Notes under the pieces: generated by a model
The model's database searches: none
What the model saw: only the letters and a program-made list of their open reading frames with translations
What the model was told of the DNA's origin: nothing
Shown here: piece by piece, positions 17,211 through 25,396 of the stretch
Position numbering within the stretch: position 1 is the stretch's first letter
Layout of the letters: every line of letters starts with the position of its first letter
From: Candidatus Woesearchaeota archaeon
GTDB taxonomy: Archaea > Nanobdellota > Nanobdellia > Woesearchaeales > DSVV01
DNA length: 60,976 nucleotides
Direction: 5' to 3'
Assembly (NCBI GenBank): GCA_018303325.1
Contig: JAGVYH010000003.1
Coordinates: 1-60,976 of the forward strand
Position numbers and translations under genes: made by a program

Positions 17211-17213
17211 CCT

Positions 17214-18731
17214 CTAATACAATTCAAGGTCTTTTGTATATACTGTTAATGGTGGAAACTTCATATTCCATTTAAAATACCGATCTCTTGATTTGTCATG
17301 CCCATATTTTAATAGTGTACTAAACACATCAACAAGTCGGTATAACAATAGTGCGTTATTTTCAGGCGTATTTTCTATGTCACCATAAATTATTATTGTC
17401 TTCTCCTCTGAGACAAAACTAGATAATGTTTCTTCTTTTTTACTCCTTCTTCTTGCCTCTTGAATATTTTTTCTTATCGAGTGTTCTGCATCAAATACAG
17501 GTTCTAACATGGTTTCAATAATTTCATACATTATATCAACTGCTCCAGTTACTTCATCATAATAATAAATTATACCTAATTTAGATAATGCACTATTTAT
17601 ATTCCACATTAGTGTGAGTCGCATAGAAAAAAGTCCCCGTCGAATGCTTGACCATGAGTTTACGTCATCAATTATGTTACAATCAGCCCATCTATCATAC
17701 TTAGAAGGTAGATCATGAGTTATTCTACAAACATTATGTTCAAACCACCCATCATATGGCATATTTATACTGAAGCTATAACTACTTGCAAAAATCTGTG
17801 TTTTATTAACCTCATCAGTCTGTTTTGCATTTGATTCTTCAAGTGTCACTTTCAGCATTCCGTGTAATGGTAATAATTTGAAATGATAATAACTGATTAT
17901 TGGCCCATATATTTTAAAATTATCTAATTCTTTCTTGTTGTCCATTATGTACTGTTTTTCTAAATATAGTTCATCTATGGTATGCTTTACAGCTCTTATT
18001 TCCAAGTAAGGCTGCACTCCTTCTTTTATTACACCCTTAACACTTAGTATGTCTTCCAGTGGCAAACTTAATTTTTCATTCTCTTTGCAAACATCACCTT
18101 CTTCAGATGATTTGCATTCATAAGATAAGCAATGTATCTCTGGAATATATCTCTTTTCAAAGAACCCATTTTCATATCGTGGAATATATTCGACTTCATC
18201 ACTATTTGAAACCCACCCTTTATAACAAAATTTTTTTAATAATGAGGGCAATTTATCAGTATAATCTCCTTTGTACTTCTCACTTATCTTCTTTACCTCT
18301 TGACTATCCAAGTCTGTTATGTAGTCCCACTCATTGTTTTTACTTAATGTATTTTTTTCAATTCCTTCAGTATAATCCTCTTCAACCCCATAATATTCTA
18401 TTGTTGGATCAACATTTTCCAATATATTCTCAAGAGAAACTGCCGTGGTTTGACTCTGTTGAGATAACTTTGTTATTTCTAATGTTGCTTTAGATGCAGT
18501 AAAATATAATATTCCAACAAGCAATGTAGCAACCCCACCACTCACCAACGCTCCAATCTTCCAATAATTCTTTTTATGTTTTTTTTCAGCAAGCTCTCTA
18601 ACTCTTTCAGCAGAATAAAGTAATCCTCTGACACCGCCATTGCAGGTATTCCATGCATGGTTGCCTCTGATTCGTTCGTCTGTTTTGACTTTATCATCTA
18701 TGGTTTGCGGTGATTGTGTTTCATTTGGCAT
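17214..18731 (-). CDS. handle-family paralog 2 (505 aa)
   Basis: IRGNHAWNTCNGGVRGLLYSAERVRELAEKKHKKNYWKIGALVSGGVATLL + divergent domain. Confidence 0.7.
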   Translation of the reverse strand: MPNETQSPQTIDDKVKTDERIRGNHAWNTCNGGVRGLLYSAERVRELAEKKHKKNYWKIGALVSGGVATLLVGILYFTASKATLEITKLSQQSQTTAVSLENILENVDPTIEYYGVEEDYTEGIEKNTLSKNNEWDYITDLDSQEVKKISEKYKGDYTDKLPSLLKKFCYKGWVSNSDEVEYIPRYENGFFEKRYIPEIHCLSYECKSSEEGDVCKENEKLSLPLEDILSVKGVIKEGVQPYLEIRAVKHTIDELYLEKQYIMDNKKELDNFKIYGPIISYYHFKLLPLHGMLKVTLEESNAKQTDEVNKTQIFASSYSFSINMPYDGWFEHNVCRITHDLPSKYDRWADCNIIDDVNSWSSIRRGLFSMRLTLMWNINSALSKLGIIYYYDEVTGAVDIMYEIIETMLEPVFDAEHSIRKNIQEARRRSKKEETLSSFVSEEKTIIIYGDIENTPENNALLLYRLVDVFSTLLKYGHDKSRDRYFKWNMKFPPLTVYTKDLELY

Positions 18732-18818
18732 ATTTTAAACCTAATCTCATTATTATTAATTAAAAATTAGATCACAAAGAATCTCTTTTTTTGTGTACTT
18801 CTTCTTATCAGTTCTTAA

Positions 18819-20432
18819 TCACCACGCCGTACCGCCGGTTGGATGGCATGTTTTTTCTGTAAGTTCTCCCAATGTTGTTTCCAAGAGGGGAGTATTAATA
18901 TAAGGTTCTAATGCTTGGTAAACTTTAAATAATTCTACATTTTTCTCTATTTCAGTATCAAATACTTGTACACACATTATTATCTTTTCGAGATATCCAA
19001 ATAGTTCTTCTATTTCAGTTTGGTTTTTAAGTTTTGAGAAAAAACCAAGATAGCTTTTTATAAGATTATTTGTTCTTAGATATGGTAAAACCTTTTCAAT
19101 ATGTTTGAAGATTGCGGAAACAGTTTCTCTATCTTTTTCGCTGTCATCTACACCATCTAAGTATGAATGTGCTATACTATACATAATAGAAACCATTTCA
19201 GGATTGTCTGTGCTTACTCTAATATCATACATAATTATATCATCATGTAAATTTAATATATTATTATAAATATATGTTCTAAGCAAATTTGCTAGTTTAT
19301 GAATATCATCAATCCTTTCCTCCTCAGCAAGTGTCGTCTTGCCTGTAAATACATGCTCTCTTCTTTCAGTAGTCCATCTAACAAGTTCTAATTCATACTC
19401 GATGTCACCATGTTTGTTCACATCTCTTGCTATTTTCTTCTGAAGTCGACAAGCCATTTTTTCAAGTGCAGTAAATGATTTCCAATAATCTTCCTCGCAA
19501 TACTTAAGTTCAATATTGTATTTTTTACATTGAACAATCAATTCTTCTTTACTCATGCAACTGCCAACTCTTTTATCCAATTTTATATCTTGTTTAGAGT
19601 CATCATTATAAACTAATCTGAATATTATTTTTGGAAGAGTGCTATCGTCAATAAGATAATATCCTTCATCTTTTTCATCTCCTTCTGTTTTTTGTAGTGT
19701 TAATGATGAGAAAGCCATAACAAGCGCTAAATCTTTTAGTTTGCCGTAATCTATTTTAATATCATACTCTTTTTTAATCCACCACACAAAATTAGGCTCA
19801 TTATCTAAAACATGTTGTGAAAAATCAGTTAAAGTATAATCATCTTTACCACCAACTATAATTACCTTGCCCTGAATTGATTCATCATATTTTATTACTC
19901 TTTCATCAAAAGTAAGTGTAACCGAAGAAGAACTAATTGAATCGTTATTAATAATACCAACAACATCTAATAAATTATTAAGAGAAGGTGTGATGCCTGC
20001 ATCACAAAACAGACCATCACCATTCCCAACATATCCTCTTTCACAAAATGATTCTAAGGCAGAATTAATCTTTTCTCTTACTTCTCTTAAGGTAAGACCT
20101 TTTATTACTTTACCTTTATATTGTTCTATATTACTAATTTGTTCAACTGGTGGTTCAATCTTAGACCAGCCCTCTCTTTCATCTGTTGATGTCAAGAATA
20201 ATATTGAAGTAGTAGCTACTGCAGTAAACACAGCAATCCCACTCACCAGCGCCCCAATCTTCCAGTAATTCTTTTTATGTTTCTTCCCAGCAAGCTCTAT
20301 AACTCTTTCAGCAGAATAAAGTAATCCTCTTACACCACCTTCAGTCTTTTCATGCCATGCAAAGTTATTTCTAGCTCGCTCTTCTGTGTTGACTTTCTCG
20401 TCGAGAGTTTGGGTCAAGTTTTTGTTTGACAT
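18819..20432 (-). CDS. handle-family paralog 3 (537 aa), degenerate handle
   Basis: ARNNFAWHEKTEGGVRGLLYSAERVIELAGKKHKKNYWKIGALVSGIAVF + divergent domain. Confidence 0.7.
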   Translation of the reverse strand: MSNKNLTQTLDEKVNTEERARNNFAWHEKTEGGVRGLLYSAERVIELAGKKHKKNYWKIGALVSGIAVFTAVATTSILFLTSTDEREGWSKIEPPVEQISNIEQYKGKVIKGLTLREVREKINSALESFCERGYVGNGDGLFCDAGITPSLNNLLDVVGIINNDSISSSSVTLTFDERVIKYDESIQGKVIIVGGKDDYTLTDFSQHVLDNEPNFVWWIKKEYDIKIDYGKLKDLALVMAFSSLTLQKTEGDEKDEGYYLIDDSTLPKIIFRLVYNDDSKQDIKLDKRVGSCMSKEELIVQCKKYNIELKYCEEDYWKSFTALEKMACRLQKKIARDVNKHGDIEYELELVRWTTERREHVFTGKTTLAEEERIDDIHKLANLLRTYIYNNILNLHDDIIMYDIRVSTDNPEMVSIMYSIAHSYLDGVDDSEKDRETVSAIFKHIEKVLPYLRTNNLIKSYLGFFSKLKNQTEIEELFGYLEKIIMCVQVFDTEIEKNVELFKVYQALEPYINTPLLETTLGELTEKTCHPTGGTAW

Positions 20433-20464
20433 TATTTATGTGCATTATTTAATTTTTATATTAT

Positions 20465-22051
20465 TCACTCTATTTTTGTATGTGTTGTTTGTTTGTACAA
20501 TAATTTTAGTATCTCTTTATTATTCATCTCTTTGTAAAGCAAAAAGATAAACTCTAATGGTGTTCTAAAAGCATCAGCCAATTGCATCATTAATGACGTG
20601 TTCTCTTCAGTTGACAGTGTAGGATTATGTTTAATTATAATTTCCTTTGTGTCTGCTTCAAATGCCATAAAAGTTCTTGTAACAACTCGTGTAGGATTAT
20701 TCTCACATTCGTCAGGAAAAAAGGAGTAAGTAAATGGGTAAACTTCTTCTGCATTCAGTTTTGGTTTGTACACATCTCCATTTGGATCATATTCAGCAAT
20801 TTTCTTTATTAAAAAAGCAGGTCCATTATTATAATCGAATCTAGATGCAGGAATACTAATTCTTTGCTCATCATCACTTTGAAAGCTTTTAAAATAAAAA
20901 TCTATTGCAATTAATCTATAAATTGTTTCATCATCATACATATATTCATCAGTTATACCATCATAATACGTATCCTCATCAGTTGTATCATTATCTATTT
21001 TCATCCATGTAAAGCCGTAAGGAGTTAGATACTCAACATACCTGAATTCAATCCTTGCTTTTTCTAGCTGTTCAGAATTTATTTCATCTCCTAAATTAAG
21101 TTCTAATTGTACTTCTAATCCAATAATTAAATCAATAAAAAAGTTAGAATCACTTAGAACTTCAGAAACAGTACGGGTTCTTTTCTGATACGATGTTTCC
21201 TCATTATCTCTTGTAATCTTACCCATTGTCTTACCTATAACACTTTCTATTTTTTCTAGTTCATCCAAAACTTGTAGTTCTGCGATAGTGTTATCAAATA
21301 TCTCTTCTTCGTATTTATCTATAATTAAGTTAGGTTCACCTTTCTTTAATTTAAGAATTAATCTTGGTGTATATCCTTCATCAAATTCTACCCTCACATC
21401 TTTAATATCACTTAAATCGTTATCCACTATTTCTTTCAGCTCTTCAGTTACACACTCTTTCTCAAAGCTAACGATCACCTCGCTAGTTTTTTTATTATAT
21501 GTTTTGTTTGGTTTAGTTTCATATTTTAAACAATAGTTTTCAAGACAAGTTATCTTCATATCATCAGAAGCACTTACAAAACAAAAATCATTCATTACAT
21601 TTTCTATTAAATCATCTATTCCAAGCAAACTATCGGTTCCTAAACTAGAATCAAACCAACCTTCTACTTTTTCTTTTAAACCATCTATTGCTAGTAGATT
21701 ATATGCCCCATTGAAGTCAAACCAACTAATTCCACGATATGTGTCAACAACATTAAATGGTGTTTCTACTTTAATTTCTTCTTTTTCAGGATTTTCAACA
21801 ATTATTTCAGGATTCGGGGGAGCAAGCGGCGAAGTAAAATATAATAATCCAGATACTATCGCAGCAATCCCACCACCAACCAACGCGCCAATTCTCCAAT
21901 AATTCTTTTTATGTCTCTTCTCAGCAAGCTCTTTAATCTTTTCAGCAGAATAAACTAATCCTCTGACTCCACCATCGCAGGTATTCCACGCATGGTTGCC
22001 TCTTCTATTCTCTTCTACTTTTTGTTCAGAATTTTCTTTTTCCTTTGCCAA
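20465..22051 (-). CDS. handle-family paralog 4 (528 aa)
   Basis: RRGNHAWNTCDGGVRGLVYSAEKIKELAEKRHKKNYWRIGALVGGGIAAIV + divergent acidic domain. TTG start with agggg upstream. Confidence 0.65.
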   Translation of the reverse strand: MAKEKENSEQKVEENRRGNHAWNTCDGGVRGLVYSAEKIKELAEKRHKKNYWRIGALVGGGIAAIVSGLLYFTSPLAPPNPEIIVENPEKEEIKVETPFNVVDTYRGISWFDFNGAYNLLAIDGLKEKVEGWFDSSLGTDSLLGIDDLIENVMNDFCFVSASDDMKITCLENYCLKYETKPNKTYNKKTSEVIVSFEKECVTEELKEIVDNDLSDIKDVRVEFDEGYTPRLILKLKKGEPNLIIDKYEEEIFDNTIAELQVLDELEKIESVIGKTMGKITRDNEETSYQKRTRTVSEVLSDSNFFIDLIIGLEVQLELNLGDEINSEQLEKARIEFRYVEYLTPYGFTWMKIDNDTTDEDTYYDGITDEYMYDDETIYRLIAIDFYFKSFQSDDEQRISIPASRFDYNNGPAFLIKKIAEYDPNGDVYKPKLNAEEVYPFTYSFFPDECENNPTRVVTRTFMAFEADTKEIIIKHNPTLSTEENTSLMMQLADAFRTPLEFIFLLYKEMNNKEILKLLYKQTTHTKIE

Positions 22052-22073
22052 TTAATAACCCCTAAATTTGTTA

Positions 22074-23414
22074 TTACGCTTTTTTACTTCTTTTAGAATC
22101 TCTTATATATCTGGTCCAATCATGCCAAGTATTTAGCCTTCTGAATACTGTAAATAATCTATCAACTTCTGGGCTTTCTTCTTTTATCAAATGGATATCA
22201 GAATAATCCTTTTCTTTTGGAGGAAGATTTTGTTTATATCTGAATACTCTCATTTTATCTTCTTTTGTAGTTAAAACTAAATTATATCCCTCTTGTCCTT
22301 TTTCATTTTGTCCTTTTTCGCTTTTATATTCCCTCCCAAAAAAATAATTAACAAAATGTATTGGACCTTGTGGTGGATAGTGGCTGCTAAAACAAGAATT
22401 TACAAATAATCCTCTTTTTGTTTTAGCTGCCATCACCAAAACATAATCATAAACTAATTCATAAAGAAAATCTCTCAATTTTACTTCTTCTTCACTAAAT
22501 ATTTCTTCTATAATTCGGTCAGGTATTTTTTCATCTTTCTTATCATCTTTAGTATAATCTTCTATACTTTTCACTGATTCAGGTTTAAACCATGGAACAC
22601 CAAACACACCTTCAATCACAAGATATTTATTACCTGTTTTATTGCCTTTTTTATCCACTTCTTCTGCATCAACAAGAATAGCAACAATTTGTGCTGGAGC
22701 ATTTTGTGTTTTCTTAAATCCTTCTGTTATTTTTGGTGTGATAAGAAGATAGTGTATATGTTCATCAGCACAATCAAGCATTGCAGCTCTCATCTCATAA
22801 TCTCCATTGAATTTACAAGTATTAACATCATGATAAAGATTTCTCCATATAGAATCTGAAAACATTACTCCATATCGCTGATTTCTAAATAGTTTTTCAA
22901 CAGAAGCAAAAACACAAGAATTACTATCTTTTGGCAATGTTTTATTATAATTCTTAATAAGGTAACATATTAAACGCAAAGCGTCAATTGGATTTCCTTC
23001 CTTTTCAAGAAAATGTTCACCAATATTTTTAAATTTCTCACTTTTTATAATTTTATATCTATCTTTTGTTATTTCCACACATGTTGAGGTTGTTGTTGGC
23101 TCAAGGACAACTTCATTAAGAAATCTTAAAATATTTTCATTTGGGCTGCTTTTTTCTTTAAATATCTGCTTTAAATATTTGGAGTCACTTCCAAAATAAA
23201 ATTCTTGGCATAATACTAATACATTTCCTGCAAATTCTTCATATGTATAATCAAATTTAATTTTTCCTATTTTACCAATTTCTTTTATTGGCTCTATACT
23301 CGCTTTACAGAATTCAACAACTCGTTTAAAATTAGAACCATTAATACCACCAAGGCTAGCTACTAATTCAGGATTTTCTTGTATTTTAGCTTGAACAATA
23401 TCTTCTATTCCCAT
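22074..23414 (-). CDS. hypothetical soluble protein (446 aa), first gene of the paralog cluster
   Basis: Long intact ORF 22 nt upstream of paralog 4; no TM segment, no recognised motif. Confidence 0.6.
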   Translation of the reverse strand: MGIEDIVQAKIQENPELVASLGGINGSNFKRVVEFCKASIEPIKEIGKIGKIKFDYTYEEFAGNVLVLCQEFYFGSDSKYLKQIFKEKSSPNENILRFLNEVVLEPTTTSTCVEITKDRYKIIKSEKFKNIGEHFLEKEGNPIDALRLICYLIKNYNKTLPKDSNSCVFASVEKLFRNQRYGVMFSDSIWRNLYHDVNTCKFNGDYEMRAAMLDCADEHIHYLLITPKITEGFKKTQNAPAQIVAILVDAEEVDKKGNKTGNKYLVIEGVFGVPWFKPESVKSIEDYTKDDKKDEKIPDRIIEEIFSEEEVKLRDFLYELVYDYVLVMAAKTKRGLFVNSCFSSHYPPQGPIHFVNYFFGREYKSEKGQNEKGQEGYNLVLTTKEDKMRVFRYKQNLPPKEKDYSDIHLIKEESPEVDRLFTVFRRLNTWHDWTRYIRDSKRSKKA

Positions 23415-23472
23415 CTACCCCACCCCACAACTATTTATAATAATTGTAATAATTATAATCCTTACACATAGT

Positions 23473-23702
23473 GGTGGACTTTAATATTCGTATCTTTTTT
23501 GTTAAAGTCCATGTATAATGTCGGACATAAATATTTATACCAAGTGTTATGTCCGACAAAGGTTGGAAAGCAAAGCTTTCTAACCTCTCAGGAATCTCTG
23601 ATTCCCGAGATATAGTAAGTGACACGATTTGTATAAAAATTTACGTCACTTACTATATATAGCAAAGGCAACGTTAATTACGGAAATTTAGTGCCTTTGC
23701 TA
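23473..23702 (-). repeat. H hairpin-module array, right copy (six hairpins), inverted relative to 17031..17210
   Basis: Same four modules in reverse complement, plus a 51-bp insert carrying two extra hairpins (ggttggaaagc/gctttctaacc and tctcaggaatc/gattcccgaga). Confidence 0.85.
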
Positions 23703-23821
23703 CATAACCCAATTCTAAACTAAAGGTACACCATATCCATATATAAATCTTACCTTTATTATTACTTATAAATAGTCACATACCCACAATCTTTAAAAAG
23801 AGAGCCAAGTTCCATAACAAG

Positions 23822-24874
23822 ATGGACTTAGACACATTATTGGAACAAAACTATGAAGAGTTAAAGGACCCTGAATGTAAAAAGAAGGTTCTTGAATATC
23901 TGGCTGAGCATGAGACAGTGGAAGATGAAGAAGTTGTATTTATAAAACGCCTGACAAAGACTGCAAGCCACATTATTAAGTCAGACCCTGATTCAATTGA
24001 TGAGTTTCTGGAGGATTTATATACTTTTAATCTAACAGGAGCTAAGAAAGCGTTTTCAATTCTTAATGATAAAGAAAATAAAGATTATAGTTCAAATCAA
24101 TTGCTGAACATGACACTGCATTTTCTTACTTACGCAGGAGATATAGCAATGGTTTTGTTTAAAAAAACAGGCGACATCTTCTGGGCAGAGAAATGGTATG
24201 ACCTTCATCGTAAATCTGCTGATACTGGCATGGGAATAGATACTAAACACTCTGTGTACGTTTATAGTTTTGCAGGCAATGCAGCAAGAGCATTGTTCGA
24301 TAAGACAGGCGATATTACCTGGGCAGAGAAATGGTATGATTCTTATTATAAATCCGCAGAGTCAAGCAAAGACTTCAATAAAAAACATTCAGTACATTGT
24401 TATGGTTTTGCAGGCAATGCAGCAAGAGCATTGTTCGATAAGACAGGCGATATTACTTGGGCAGAGAAATGGCATGAATGTTACAAGCTCTCAGCAGAAC
24501 TAAGCAGTGAGTTTGACCTTGCTTCATTTGACCCTACATCTGTTGAAGCACTCTCAACAATTTGTTATGACCCAAAACATTCAGCACATGCCTATAGCTT
24601 TGCAGGATTTGCTGCAAAAGAAAGATTCAAAAAGAGGCCGGAAACTGAGCGCACAGAAACCAAATGGGCAGAAGAGGCGATTAGTTGTTATCAGAAATTT
24701 TTAGCTTACTATAAACCAATTTATTGTATTGAAGGCGAGAACAAATCCAGACCAGAGGGACTGATTCACAAGATAAATAGTGATATCTCTTATTTAAAGA
24801 GGCAAATAGATTATATTTCGAAACAATTAGCTGCTCACAACAGAGATGTTGGACACAGTCCAACCACTGTGTAA
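23822..24874 (+). CDS. helical repeat protein (350 aa)
   Basis: Three to four repeats of KHSxxxYxFAGNAARALFDKTGDITWAEKWYDxYxKSAE. Two DNA copies (from ~24268 and ~24406) are nearly identical over ~70 nt. Confidence 0.6.
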   Translation: MDLDTLLEQNYEELKDPECKKKVLEYLAEHETVEDEEVVFIKRLTKTASHIIKSDPDSIDEFLEDLYTFNLTGAKKAFSILNDKENKDYSSNQLLNMTLHFLTYAGDIAMVLFKKTGDIFWAEKWYDLHRKSADTGMGIDTKHSVYVYSFAGNAARALFDKTGDITWAEKWYDSYYKSAESSKDFNKKHSVHCYGFAGNAARALFDKTGDITWAEKWHECYKLSAELSSEFDLASFDPTSVEALSTICYDPKHSAHAYSFAGFAAKERFKKRPETERTETKWAEEAISCYQKFLAYYKPIYCIEGENKSRPEGLIHKINSDISYLKRQIDYISKQLAAHNRDVGHSPTTV

Positions 24875-25028
24875 TAAACTTGTGAAGTGCGCACTCCAAA
24901 AAGAAAGTTTGGTGTTGCATTTTTAAAGCCTGACACTCATTTTTATAAACTTTTTAGTTTTAAACTTTTTAGTTTATAAAAAAGATGGCAAGATTGCATA
25001 TAATAAAACATCTAAATCTTCAATAAAC

Positions 25029-25252
25029 GTATTTGTTTAGTTCTTGGCATGTCCAACACGTTCACAAAGATAAAATAGTAAGTCGTTAGTCGTAGGTCGT
25101 TTGTCGTCAGCTGTTTTTTACGTTTTTCCGTTTACGACTAACGACAAACGACTTACGACAAACAGTTTAATTAGTGAGACGGTGGACTGCGTCCCACAAA
25201 CGAGTAGAAAGCAGAAAAAAAGATGAAAAAAAGAAATCAGCTAAACAAATAC
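25029..25252 (-). mobile_element. P element, copy P1 (core of GTCGTNN heptamers)
   Basis: Ends gtatttgtttag...ctaaacaaatac. Flanks caataaac / caataaaa (7 of 8). Inner conserved boxes ttggcatgtccaacacgttcac and gacggtggactgcgtcccacaaacg. Confidence 0.7.
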
Positions 25253-25396
25253 CAATAAAAGATTTATCTAAACCTAAATGAGCTGTCACAAAGTCAATAA
25301 ATTTCAAAAATCCAAAAACTTTATATATCTCTTAACTTAGGGTTTATATAATATAATAATTAATATAATACATTAAATTATAAATAGGTCATCATA

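Noticed and set aside
23431-23625. 64-aa ORF between the 446-aa gene and 23822..24874.
   Set aside because: It lies entirely inside the inverted hairpin-module repeat, and the corresponding sequence at 17031..17210 has no ORF.
24270-24704. Alternative-frame ORFs (77 and 65 aa) inside 23822..24874.
   Set aside because: They are same-strand out-of-frame products of the DNA repeat. The 350-aa frame is continuous and internally consistent.
24941-24985. tttataaactttttagttttaaactttttagtttataaa, a duplicated and palindromic stretch after 23822..24874.
   Set aside because: It is a short, AT-only single occurrence, probably a terminator or slippage product, and not informative on its own.
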